DNA of 64,000 nucleotides from the human T2T-CHM13v2.0 reference genome, Homo sapiens: assembly GCF_009914755.1 (NCBI RefSeq), contig NC_060932.1, one strand, 5' to 3'. Position numbers and translations under genes: made by a program. The notes beneath the pieces are model-generated. The model saw nothing but the letters and a program-made list of their open reading frames with translations, was not told where the DNA came from and did no database searches. How positions within the stretch are numbered: the stretch's first letter is position 1; each line of letters begins with the position of its first letter. Of the stretch, positions 38,560 through 51,271 are shown piece after piece.

Positions 38560-39063
38560 TGTGACGGTTAATACTGAGTGTCAACTTGATTGGACTGAAG
38601 TATTGTTCCTGGGTGTATCTGTGAGGGTGTTGCCAAAGGAAATTAACATTTGAGTCAGTGGACTGGGAGAGGCAGACACACCCTCAATCTGGGTGGGCAC
38701 CATGTAATCAGCTGCCAGCGCAGCTAGGATAAAAGCAGGTTAGAAGAACTTCGAAGGATTAGACTGGCTTAGTCTCCTGACCTACATCTTTCTCCCATGC
38801 TGGATGCTTCCTGTCCCCCAACACCAGAATCCAAGTTCTGCAGCTTTGGGACTCTCGGACCTTCAACCACAGACTGAAGGCTGCACTGCTGGCTTCCCTA
38901 CTTTTTAGATTTTGGGACACAGACTGGCTTCTTTGCTCCTCAACTTGCAGACAGCCTATTGTGGAACCTCACCTTGTGATCCTGTGAGTCAATACTCCCT
39001 AATAAACTACCTTTATACATACATCTTTCCCATTAGCTCTGCCTTCTAAAGAACCCTAATACA
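38560..39063 (+). mobile_element. MLT2A (MLT2A1/A2) solo LTR of HERV-L
   Basis: tgtgacggttaatactgagtgtcaacttgattgg...gtgagggtgttgccaaagg...gaaccctaataca. Confidence 0.92.
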
Positions 39064-39249
39064 CTCTGTATTAATAATCTATAATTTATTTAAAAACTGT
39101 CCTATTAATGGATTTAAATTTTTATTTAAACTTCCTACTACACACATTTATTCACTCCAAATCAAGTGTTTTTTTTTTCTTGTTAAGAAGTAATAGTAGA
39201 AACTCAGAGCACAAAATGGAATCTGTTTAACAGAAAAATAATAAAAAAA

Positions 39250-40020
39250 AACATGGGGTCCGTTTCTGATATGCAAAAGGTTTTGGAAGTCAGCACGCTC
39301 ATCCTGACAAGAAAAGAAGCTCAACAAACTGAAAGTTGCTGGATGGATCAAAGACTTGAGATCATAGAGAAAACCGCTACCCTGAAATCAGTAGCTATGG
39401 GTGAAAAGAGAGAATCACTGTAAAAATCAGCTTACTCTGAGCAGAAGCCACTGGTAAACTGGTAGGAACACTTAAATCTTAATTTTTACAAATTGCTAGA
39501 GGCTGAATGTGAACTACTATGAGAGTTAGAAACATGAGACTATGAGAGTAAGACCATAGCTGTGGAGCTATAGTCTTAAGAGGACCTTCAATTTTTTATA
39601 GGTTTCACCTCCAGGAACCCTACCAGACTTTCACAGTGAAGAGCTGAAAGATCCCTTCTTGGTTCCGGAAGAGAAGGAGAAAAAGTAATCATTTCAAAAT
39701 ATTCCAAGAGAGTTCTCCATAAGGAAGTCCTGCTCTCCAGGTTAGCCCACCTGGGGAGAGTTCTGATGTCCAAGAGAAGACAGAGAATGGGGCAGTAATA
39801 TACTTGGTAAAAGCTGCAACTTCATAGATTTATAAATGTGAGGTCATCACAACCCAAACTGAATAAATACAAAGAAAATATGCGTAAGCACATCCTAGTC
39901 AAGAATGTCTAAAAACAGTAAATGCTAAAAAAAAAAAAAAAACAAACAAAAAAACAGAAAAAGGATACATTATATACCTGGAAACGAATTCAAATGGCCA
40001 TAGACTTCTCATCAAAAATT
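39250..40020 (+). mobile_element. Old L1M 5'UTR/ORF1 fragments
   Basis: ggtttcacctccaggaaccctaccag...; gaataaatacaaagaaaa...cacatcctagtcaa...gacttctcatca. Confidence 0.6.
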
Positions 40021-40065
40021 AAACAGGTAGGTAGTGTTATTTCAATATAAATTAAACTTTAATTC

Positions 40066-40340
40066 TGTGATCATTATTTTCATGCATCAACTTGACTGGT
40101 CTAAGGAATACCCAGGTCACTGGTAAAGTATTATTTCTGGATATGTCCATGAAAGTGTTTCCGGAAGACACTGGCATTTGAATCAGTGAACTGAATAAGG
40201 AAGATCCACTCTTACCCAATGTGGGTGGCTACCATCCAACTGGCTGAAGGCCCCAATAGAACAAGGCAAATTCTCTCTCTCTCATTCTCTCTCTCTCTCT
40301 CTGAGCCAGAACACCCTTCTCCTCCTGGCCTTGCACATCA
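40066..40340 (+). mobile_element. MLT2B/C/D LTR 5' half
   Basis: catcaacttgactggtctaagg...tatttctggatatgtcc...gcatttgaatcagtgaactga...cccaatgtgggtggc. Confidence 0.8.
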
Positions 40341-41936
40341 AGTTATTTTGCTGGTGTAAGTCCTGGAGTCCAAAGGCAAAAGAACTTCATGTGCAATGCC
40401 AGGAGAAGGGTGTTTTCTTTTTCCTAGGGTTAATTTATTTCCATTTTGATTCTCACTATTCTGTGCTCTCTACTCAAGACCCTGCATATTTAATGAGCTC
40501 TTTTGAGTTTGGCTAGAGGAACTTGAGTGTTTCCCACCCTGGTGTGAACTCCGGAAGTTGTTCATTTTACAGCTTCCCAGCAATTGCTTTTTCCTCAGAC
40601 ATTACTTTTGCCTGACCTCTTGGGGTTTCACTCTACCCATGTGCAGAGTTTTCAACCAGAGACCATGAGGACCCTTATCCATATTCCTAGGGTCCTTTCT
40701 ATGTATCTCTCTCTTATCTTGGGTGCTTTTCCCAGAAATTAGAGTCACTTTGGCTTCCCTAAACTTTGGTCTTTGTCTTTTTGACTTGGTGAGATTGGCC
40801 AGACTCTGCTGGAGGCATGTTGCTCTAAGCCATGGTCAGGAATCATCTCCATGCAGAAGGCTTTGTGATGAGTTCACCTCACTTGTTTTCTTGACTTCCT
40901 TCTTTGCAGGAATCACAATCATGTGCTGTCTGTGGTCCTATGTCTAAAACCTGTCATTTCTTTTTTCAAAAAAAATAGTTACTCCAGTTTTTAGGTTGTT
41001 TATACCAAGAGATAAGTTCTGTACCAGTTTGCTTTTATGCTAGGAACAGAAAGTCACTTTTACTGATTTTAGTCATGTTAGTCTACCTCTTGTTTTTACT
41101 ATACTTTATTATAGCCTGAAACTTTTCACTGCTTTAATGCTTATATGAAATTACTAGATTCTGAGGCATCACGGGTAATTTACTTCTCTTCCACACCCAC
41201 ACACTGCGTTTAGTGCCCAGCTTCTGTAAGAAGCTTTACATTTTCTACCTTCTTTGTGATCATTCCTCGCCTACACTCTACCTCCATGTAGCCATGCAAA
41301 CTAGCAATGGGTTTTTGAATATCTTGAGAACTGTTAGCATCCCCCACCTGCCAGCTGATTATAGAAAAACCATCCATGCAGAATTCCTATCTCAGAAACT
41401 GTTTGGTTTACCTTTTGATGTTGGGAGTTGTTTGAACTGTGTCCCTTCAATATACCAGGCATTGAAGATAAAATTGTGAGCCCAAACAGGGTCCCTCCTT
41501 CTGTGGAAATTACAGTCTAATGCAAGACAGACATTCATCATCACACGAACCAGTGGATATTTGGAAGTAAGGATTGTTATAAAGATAAGGTAAGCTGTGC
41601 TATAAGAATATAACCCAGCTCTATCTGAGAAACCCAGCTCTCTCTAAGAAATGCAGGGAAATCTTGGTGAAATTACTATTGATATGAAATCTAAAGCTCG
41701 AGTAGGAATTATCTGGATAAAGGTGATGGTAGGAAGGTGGGGTGAGAGAGTTGTTCAGGTAAAGGGAACATCTCGTACCCAAGGCCTGTGTTTAGAAGAA
41801 GCATGGTGCATTGAAACAACACAAACAAGGTAGACATGGCTGAAACCAGAGTGTAAGGTTATGCTGGTGAGACAGGTAAGGACATGGTGGTTTATGCTAA
41901 GGATAGTGGCCTTTACCTTAAAAGAACAAGAAAATT

Positions 41937-42027
41937 GCCAAGGTGGGAGGATTGCCTGAGGCCAGGAATTCAAGACCAGCTTAGGCAACAAGGCAAGACC
42001 TCGTCTCTACAAAATAATAATAAATTA
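41937..42027 (+). mobile_element. Truncated Alu left-arm fragment (FLAM/AluJ)
   Basis: gccaaggtgggaggattgcctgaggccaggaattcaagaccagc...gtctctacaaaa. Confidence 0.85.
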
Positions 42028-42144
42028 TCTCAGGGTTTTAAGCAAGACATTGAATTGATCAATTTGAGTTATAAAAAGATTATCATGAGTTCGGTATTAG
42101 GAAAAGATTGAAAAGAAGAATGATGGAAACAGAATAATTAGACT

Positions 42145-42475
<331 letters not shown>

Positions 42476-42895
42476 CTAAACTATTAACCCAGAGAAATAA
42501 TGGTAGCCTGAACTTGAGAGTTAGCAGTGGATGGGATTGAAAGGTTTGGGAGATAAAGTTGTCAGGGAGTGAGTTATTTTAAAGAAGCACTCTTGGGCTC
42601 TCACCTGTGGAAGGGAGGAAAGCAGAGCAGGGTAGAATAGAGGGGGAAGTGTAGTTTAAATATGGGGACTTAAAAAAGAAGGATGAGAAAATGACAACTT
42701 GTGGGATTAACCAGGTAATAGTGTCATCTTCTAAGAAAGGGAAAGAAAATCAGGGTTAGTGATGTCTGGGGAGAAGAATGAATGAAGACTGAGTCTAGTT
42801 TGTATGTGCTGAGTTGGGGATGCTGTGGGTTCACTGAATTATAGGTGCTTGGTGGACAGTTGGGAATATAGAGATGGAGCTCAGAGAAGTCAACA

Positions 42896-43323
42896 TGATA
42901 ATTGTGGATGAGTTTTGCCAATGGACGTAACATACAGTCTGTAGAGATGCTCCCGCCCCATGAGTGAGTAACTCTTTGCCCTTCTACAGGAAGTGCCATT
43001 GACTGAGGGCCTTCAGTTATAGCTACTTCAGGAATAATTTTTTTAAAAAAAGATTGCCTTGTCCATGGTTATGCCTATTCCCAGGTTGGCCTTTGGCCAA
43101 TGACTCATAAATGATGGCATATAAAGGCCAGGGCATCACGACCATTCTAGCTCCAGAGCTTCTCACATGGTTGGCGGAGGTGGTGGCTGGGCCCTTATCA
43201 CAGCACAACTTCCTCCTTTACTCCATCTTGCCTTTCTTTCCTCCCTTCCACAGGTAAGAGCCCAAGAGTGCTTTTTAAAAAACAGACCACATGCCAACTC
43301 TGGGGAAACCAACTTTAGTGTCA
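42896..43323 (+). mobile_element. LTR16-family (LTR16C-like) LTR, ERVL
   Basis: gccaatgact...ataaaggcc...gctccagagct...catcacagc-like segment...cccttccacaggt...cccaagagtgc...ggggaaaccaac. Confidence 0.65.
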
Positions 43324-44350
43324 ATGAAAGTGCAAAGAGATCTTGACTGAGCTTTAATAAGTCCAACATGTTAGGCCCTGATAAGAGAAGAAGAATCATA
43401 AAAAAAAACAGAGAAAATATGACTGGACTAACAGACCTAGAAGTAGGCAAGAGTAGATGTCATATATGCCAAGAAGCTGAAAGACTAAAGTATGAACTGA
43501 AAAATATATTTCTATTGGAGATGTTGGTGAGAGTTCTTTCAGAGCAGTGCTAAGAGTAGAAAACCAAACTATAGTGGGTTGAGAAAGGAATAAGATGTGC
43601 AATAAAGAAAACAGTGAACATAGACACTTCTTTTGAGAAGCTCATCTTTGAGGGGAAAGAGAAAGAAGTGGTTGGCAGAGGTCAAGATCAGTTCTTAAGA
43701 GGACAAAGTTTCATGTTTAGTTGTTCATAGAAAGAGAACAGTTGAAATGGGGTTAAATTTTTAGAAGAGATACAGAGAGAGCAAGATAGTAAGTTGTTAT
43801 ATTTGGAAAGCTTAAAAGGTCAAGAAAAATGAATTAAAACCAAGAGGGTAAATTGAGGAAGGGGCTCACTGCAGTCAGATTTCAGTAGAGTGAGGAAGAG
43901 AGGAAGAGAAAGGACTCTCCAAGGCCAGTTTTTGTTTGTATTAATCAAACTTCAGTATGTGTAATAATCATTGAATGCCTTGATAAAAAAAAAAAAAGAG
44001 TCCAGGATAATTCCCAGAGATTTGGATTCAACAGAAATGCAATGGAACCCAGAATCCGCATTAATAAGATCGTCAAGTGATTCTGACATAGATGGCTCCA
44101 AACTGTCAGAGGAGGACACTAACACATTGCAGGTGTCACTAGTGAGCCCTCCAACTGCTCTCAGGGGAGTGCCAAAAGACAGTGCCTGTGTGTAAGGAAG
44201 AAGTAAAAATGTTAACAGCCCCAGAGCCTTCTGGGTAGGGAATTGCCTTGACTTAGCAAAGTACTTCTCTGGGAAGTAGAAGGCAATTCCCAGAGGGCTT
44301 GGGGACTGGGAATGGAAAGTAATGAGGAAGTAGAGAAACAGGTACGTTGC

Positions 44351-44614
44351 CAGGAGTTCGAGACCAGCCTGGCCAACATGGCAAAACCCCATCTCTACTA
44401 AAAATGCAAAATTAGCCAGGCATGGTGGCAGGTGCCTGTAATTCCAGCTACTCAGAAGGCTAAGGCAGGAGAATAGCTTGAACTCGGGAGGCGGAAACGG
44501 AGGCGGAGGCTGCAGTGAACCCAGATCGAGCCATTGTACTCCAGCCTAGGCAACAAGAGTGAAAGTCTGTCTCAAAAAAAAAAAAAAAAAAAGAAAAGAA
44601 AAAGAATAAAAGGT
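44351..44614 (+). mobile_element. 5'-truncated AluSq-like
   Basis: Starts at caggagttcgagacc; gccattg, caacaagag; TSD aacaggtacgttg/aacaggtacattg. Confidence 0.93.
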
Positions 44615-45035
44615 AACAGGTACATTGATACGTGAAAGAAATAAGGGAGGGAATGTGCAGGGAAGAGGTGGGGAGACTTTTTAAAAGGTTAGCATTTAAG
44701 GGAAAAAACAGCCTCTGAAAAATTAAAAATGATGATGGAGTGACTTTTCAGATCTGAATTGCTACTGTCAGGAAGGCACCCTTTGACTCCAGACCTTCTC
44801 TAAAACCTGACTTGTCTACAAGAGACACGTGGTGACTAAAGAATGAGCAGGTGAGGGGAAGTGTGATCGGCCCTGCGTGGGTTTCTCTACTGAACCTCCT
44901 GATATCTGGGTGGTCCAGGCCATGGTGTGAGTGGGTAGACAGTGTCTGCAGAAGAAGGAAGTGCCATCAAGCACTAGTTACTCCATGGGACCAAATGTTC
45001 CTTTTCCCATACTATTTGAAAACTCAATTACATAT

Positions 45036-45325
45036 TTATTCATCTATTCAACAAATATTGACTGTAAATCAGTAGTGTTCTCTATAGGATGGATTATAAA
45101 GGGGCAAAAGCAGTCACAGTCCATGTCCTCATGGAACTTGCAATATAGTGAGGAAGATAAAAGAAAGGTGAATAATTCTACAAATATAATTACAGTAAGG
45201 TCCTAGGAAGAAGAGACACATGCCACAGTGAGTTATTAATAATGGAAGATGATCTAATGTCGGGGATCAGATCAATTTTCCAGATAATTGAACACAGAGC
45301 TGACGGATGAGTTAGAGTTAAATGG
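45036..45325 (-). mobile_element. L2 3' fragment
   Basis: attcatctattcaacaaatatt...gtcctcatggaacttgcaatatagtg. Confidence 0.7.
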
Positions 45326-45915
45326 GGTTAATAATATCTTGTCATAGTGTCCTTGAGAGGATTAACTAAAACACTGTAGGAAAAGCCTCAGGCCATGGCA
45401 TAGTTCCTCAATTCTACTATAGTATGAATGAAGACACACTGATTTAACAACAGATTTGTGAGAAGTAAAGAAACATGATCTCTTTATATGCACACATTTA
45501 ATGTAAGATCCACTTCACTTCTGAAATATGAACACCATAGGGACTGAGGCTCAATATTCTTTATATTTCAGGCCTGGCAGAGTGCATGCCACATAGTAGA
45601 TACTCAAAAAACATTTGTAAAATAAATTAACATCTGTTCCTCTTTTGTTTTTCATCCTTCCTTCTCTCTCATGTGTTATTATCTCATTTCTCTTGTCAAG
45701 CAAGGATTTGTTAAATGAATTCACATTGAAATTTTAAGGATTTACGTATTCATCTTTCATAGAGTATTCTCACTTTAAAAGCTGCTATGGAAAAGGTAAT
45801 CACCACACTTGGGAAACAAATGCATTATTGTGGAATTTTAGGTATTTCTTCTAGAATTATTTTGAGGTGAAAGCCTACTCGGGACATTTGAATTAGCACA
45901 CATAAAAAGAAACTT

Positions 45916-46614
45916 GTATTAGGGTATCCATTACTTAAACAAAGTGTCAGTTCCTTTTTTGGTGACAACACTGTCCAATGCAAGCAGACAGAGTAGCACT
46001 CTGCTCCATGCAGTTATTCAGGGATCTTCCTGAATAACTTCCACCCTGGCTTCACCTTCCTCTGGGTTCTTGAGTTTTCTCTATTCAATAACAGGATAGA
46101 AAAAAGATTGTGGAATTTACAATGAGGATGTTTAAGGGTCAGGTTGGAGAGAGACACACATCAAATCAGTTCACATTCCATGAGGAGGACTTGGTTTTGT
46201 GGCCACAACTAACTACAAATTGAACTTAAAATGAATTATAGCCAGGTATGGTAGCTCACACTTATAATCTCAGCACTTTGGGAGGTCAGGGTGGAAGAAT
46301 CACTTGTGCCCAGGAGTTCAAAACCAGCCTGGGCAACATGGCAAAACTCCATCTTCACAAAAAATACAAAAATTAGCCAAGTGTGGTGGTGCACACCTTT
46401 ATTCCAAGCTACTTAGAAGGCTGAGGTGGGAGGATTGCTTGAATTTGGGAGATGAAGGCTGCAGTGAGCCATGATCATACCACTGCACTCTAGCCTAGGT
46501 GACAGCTCAAGACCCTGTCTCAAAAAATACATATTTATATAATGAAGTCTAGGTAAGGACTCAGTACAGAGAAGGGAACACATATCTTGGTGAATCCTAG
46601 AATTCTCTGCTAAA
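45916..46614 (-). mobile_element. MLT1J/K-like LTR interrupted by AluJ
   Basis: ctctgctccatgcagttattcaggga...tcacattccatga...ggccacaactaactacaa...atcttggtgaa. Confidence 0.6.
46240..46540 (+). mobile_element. AluJ
   Basis: cttgtgcccaggagttc, gggaggattgcttga, gctgcagtgagccatgatc, gaccctgtctc. Confidence 0.95.
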
Positions 46615-46739
46615 CTTCTATTCCATCTGTATGTGATGGCCACTGTCATTGTGCATTTATTGGCAGTTTTTTTTTTAAGTTTTGTTCTTACCATGTGACG
46701 AAAGTCAGGGGTTACTTATAAAAAAATCTTGGGAAAGTT

Positions 46740-46840
46740 TTATAAATATATATATGTTATATATCTCTCTCTCTATATATATATAGATAGATATTATAAA
46801 TTTATATTCATATATATGATATATAAATATATATCATATA
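46740..46840. repeat. (TA)n low-complexity tract
   Basis: Seen directly. Confidence 0.85.
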
Positions 46841-47482
46841 CATTTTTTCCAGGTTCAATTGATAGTTCTAACCTGATTTAATCGACTCTCCAAAAGTGGA
46901 TGCTAGAAAAGTCTCCCCAGGTAACTGTGGTTCAGCTAATTCAAGTACTGGCATTTCAAGACCACCGAACTAAGTCATTCATAATCCCATGCAAAATCTT
47001 TTGAAGGAAGGAAGAGTGAGATGAATCTGAGCCAAAATCTTTTAAAGTGTAAATTGAAATCAGTAAAAAAATTTAAGGTAGAGGAGGAAATAAAAGATAG
47101 GGTAAAAGGCTGAAAATAAGAAACAAACCCAAGATTGAGTATTAAGAAACATAGGAAGAGAGTGAGAGCAAGTCAGGAGTGCAGAGCTGAGGGTCTTGAG
47201 TCATTGCAGCTAAGGGAGAAAGGGGACTGCAAGACTTGGGACTGTGCTATTTGGAGGAGTATATATGAGCCAGTCATGCAGACCATCACCCACCATTTTG
47301 CAAATATAGAAATTAAGCATCAAAGACATTATTTTCCATTATAACTCAAGATGCAAACCCATCTTTGTCACATCATGTTCTGTACATTTATACCAGGACT
47401 GACCTGAGATTAAAACCTAATTTCTGGCCACAAACAAAGTACCACTAACTGGCCACATAAGAATGGATTCTGGAACAGGCAC

Positions 47483-48097
47483 TATGGGGACACACTCTAA
47501 GGTGGCCCTCACGGTCTCCACCTCCTGGGGTTTACTACTTTATCTAATCTCCTTCCCTTAACTGTAGAAAAAACCTTTGACTTGCTCCTGATTGATTCAA
47601 TATGGGAAAGGTGATAAAATGCCACTCCAGTGACTACGTTACCCGGGTAAGACTTTGTCTTATAGTAGAATGGCTTTTTCCCTTTCTAGCTTTGAAGAAG
47701 TAAATAGCCATGTTGTAAGAGATCCTACATAGATGTCTACATAGCAAGGAATGACCGGTGGTCCCTAGGAACTGAGAGAAGCCAGAATGACCAGTGTTCC
47801 CTAGGAACTGAGAGAAGCCAGAGAAAAACTGGTGTTCTGGGTCTGAAAGCTTCAAGGAAACCAATTCTACCAACAACATGAGTGAGCATGGAAGCATATT
47901 CTTCCCCAACCTAACCTTCAGATGAAAACACGGTCCAGTTGACACCTAGATTGCAGCCTGGTGAGATCCTGAGCTAAGGGCCCAACTAAACAGAACCCAG
48001 ATTCTTGAACCACAGAGACTGTGAGATTATAAATATGCATTACTTTACACTGTTAAATTTGTAGTCATTTGTTATGTAGCAATAGAAAATTAATGCA
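47483..48097 (+). mobile_element. MLT1E/F LTR
   Basis: ctctaaggtggccc...ctttgaagaagtaaatagccatgttg...gttatgtagcaatagaaaattaatgca; TSD ggcac/gggac. Confidence 0.85.
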
Positions 48098-49104
48098 GGG
48101 ACCTCATTTGTTGCTCTGAGTCATGCAGGTCTGACATGGATTGGTAATTCTAATCCTTAAAACATAATTGTTCAAAATGAGTTCAAAAATAAACAGCACA
48201 CACATCAACCTAAGTGTGAATTCTTGTTTCCTGATTCCCCCAGAAAGGGGTCTTGCTGGGTCGGCTATGCTCATCATCCTTCCACACTAATGGTGTTTTC
48301 TTCTTGGCAGATTTACTAGATAAATCCTCAGCTTTCTTGTCTGTGCAGTTACTGAAATGCTGCACTACATTAGCTTCATGCCTGATTGGCTTTTGAATGT
48401 ACAAATATCATTCCAAACTTCACACAGATGGATCATGAAAAAAAGAAGATAGTAAAATGAATAGAAATAAGCCCAACATTTCTTATTCAAATGTCTAAGG
48501 GTCTAAGGAGCAGCACAGCACGAGGTCTAGTGGCTGCCAACCCCATGTACCTGGGCTGCTGAGCTGAGGAACACTTGGCTTCAATCCCCTCTCCATGACC
48601 AGAAATATCAGGTCCTTGGGGAGCAAAGAAATGTTCAGAAACAGCCTGGAGTGGAGCTTTGAACTGCTGCACTCTTCAGCCACCCGGAACAACTGACAGA
48701 TGGAGCAGGTTACAGAGCCAGGTGGGGAGGCTGAGTTGCTATCTAGCTTCCCACCCATCAGCCCATCCTTCTGTTGCTCTGGGATGTCCCACAGGAGCCC
48801 AGACACAGTGGGGACTTGAAAGGATGGGAAACACCTTAGCAATAGCTTCTAAGTCAGACACAAAGTGCAGCCAGCCTTTGGGAATGGGACCAACTGCCAC
48901 CTTTGCTTTGCAAAAAATGAGTCAGGTTGTACTCTCCACAACAGGAACAGGGAGCTACCTTAGACTGTGGGAGAGGAGTTGGCCATATGTTGGCTTCTTC
49001 CTATAGGCAGGATTAAAGAAACTCCCCACAGAGGCCCATAACATCACCATCTCAAGCAAATTAAAGTAACTTTTGGAAAAATTACATTTTATAATTTTAA
49101 AAGA

Positions 49105-49322
49105 TTTCTTTATTGTGGTAAGAACACTTAACATGAGATTCACGTTTCTAACAAATCTAAATGTACTATACATTGTTGTTGACTATAGGTACAATGTTGT
49201 ACAACAGATTAATTCTAGAGTGTTTTAATCTTGCTCAACTGAAACTTTATGCCCACTGATTTGTAACTCTCGATTTACCTCTCCCCCCAGCTCCTGGAAA
49301 CCAATATTCTACTTCTTTGCTC
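49105..49322 (-). mobile_element. L1MA8/9-like 3' end
   Basis: gtggtaagaacacttaacatgagat...ttgactataggtacaatgttgtacaacagat...aactgaaactttat. Confidence 0.85.
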
Positions 49323-49869
49323 AAAAAAAAAAAAAAAAATTGACTAATCAACACCATCTCACCTACCTTAACTCCCAAATCCATCTTATCATCTTAATTC
49401 CAAGCCTTAACTTTCTGTCAGCCACTAGTTCCCCACAAAAACATGAAGCTAACCTTGTATTTTTTCTACGCTTTACACCTCTTCCTTTCATTTTTCTCTG
49501 TAGTCACATCTTCATCTATGCAACAAATGAAAATTCACACACACATACCCCTGACATTTGAAAGTATATATTCCTAGAATGAAAGTGGAAAACAAAAAGA
49601 GTAGAAGGATACACTAAAGTTCAAATTGATTAAAAACAAAAACGAAAACGTGGCAATACAGATAAAGAACTAAAAATAGATCCTGGAAGGAAAATCACAT
49701 TCATCTGCAAATCAAATCAGCAGATGTTTAATGAACACCCACTATAGTCAACACACTAAGCTAGATGTTAACATATAAACAAGTTTAAATTACAATTTCT
49801 TTCTTTAAAAGTTTATGATTTGTTTGGGGAGCTAAAACAGAGATTAGAATGACAACATAGTATATGTTG

Positions 49870-50090
49870 TATAGTGCATTTTATGTGGATTACGTTTTAT
49901 AAACCATTTTTACATTTGTAATCTTGACTCACCTTAGAGAAAGTTTGTAGTGAGGGCTTTTTTTTTTTTCTTTTAAATACTGACAAGGAGAAAAGGAGTC
50001 TCAGAGACACTGTGATGTGCTAAAGGTCACATGGCAAACAAGTGTGTGACCCGTATCTTAAGCACAGTTGTAACTAAATTCAGTGCCCTT
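49870..50090 (-). mobile_element. MIR
   Basis: tactgacaaggagaaaaggagtctcagaga...aaggtcacatggcaaacaagtg. Confidence 0.6.
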
Positions 50091-50755
50091 TGCAATGTAT
50101 GCATCTGTTTCTAAATGAAACAAACAATAGGTATGACAGATGTCCACAGATGGGACAAACTATTTAGAATCACGTAAACAAGCTTGGCGCAGGGATACGG
50201 AATTTGAGCTGGCCCTGAAGAATGAGTCGCTTTAGGAATCAGGAAAGCTGGAGAGGGCACTTTGGGTTGGGGAAATGTTGAGAGCAAGGGCTTATAAGCA
50301 GAAATAAGAGTTAATACACTTAAGGCCCTCTGAGTATTTATAAGTTATTGAACGTCACCCACGTTTCATACTTGGAATCCTTTTCTGTGTCTGTAAAATA
50401 AGAAAATATCTTTTTACTGGGCACATGCAGCATAGGGGTCATTTTTCTCCTTCGAGGCAGGAGTACAATGGGGGCAATTCCAACCACAGCACAGAGTGCT
50501 AGAAACTCCCAGCTACTAGAGATTGGTGGCTTCAGAGTCGAAATGGATTCTGAGCAAACCAAGTTTTATATATCTAATTAGAAAGTATAGCTTTATGGCT
50601 CCAAAGAGTATGGAAGACTCTCCTGCGCATATTTTATACGGTAGTCTTAAAAATTAAATGAAAGTCTTTCTTCAGCATCTAAAGCTGTGTTTGGCTCTTT
50701 ATTTCACCTAAACATTTAGTATTTATTATTAAAGAATCAAGTTCTGGACACGTTA

Positions 50756-51271
50756 CTTTTTGTATTTTGAACACTTCAAATTCATAAATGATTCAGTATT
50801 ATGTTTTTCTTTTATTTTCCTTTTTTTGTTTCGTTTTGTTTTGTTTTTAGACGGAGTTATGCTCTTGTCGGCCAGGCAGAGTGAAGTGGTGGGATCTCGG
50901 TTCACTGCAACCTCTTTCTCCCGAGTTCAAGCAGTTCTCCTGCCTCAACCTTCCAAGTAGCTGGGATTACAGGCATGTGCCACCACACCCACAGAATTTT
51001 TGTATTTTTAGTAGAGATGGGGTTTCACCATGTTGGCCAGGCTGGTTTCAAACTCCTGACCTCAGGTGATCCACCCACCTCAGCTTTCCAAAGTGCTGGG
51101 ATTACAGGCGTGAGCCAACACACCCGGACATTTTTCTTTTCTTTCTTTTTTTTTTTTTTTTGGATATATGGGCAAATGCTTTTTGTATTTTGAACAATTT
51201 GAATTCACAAATGATTCAGTATTATGTTTTTATTTTCCTTTTTTTTTTTTTTTTGGATATATGGGCAAATG
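50756..51271. repeat. ~93-bp tandem duplication, first copy interrupted by an Alu
   Basis: ctttttgtattttgaaca...aaatgattcagtattatgttttt...ggatatatgggcaaatg at 50756-51178 (with Alu) and 51179-51271. Confidence 0.9.
50821..51129 (-). mobile_element. AluSq-like
   Basis: Full dimer; gctcttgtcg; ctcaggtgatcc. Confidence 0.95.

Noticed and set aside
43952-44392. Longest ORF (146 aa, minus strand)
   Set aside because: Starts in an antisense Alu ([14 protein letters not shown]), has no recognisable domain and crosses a homopolymer
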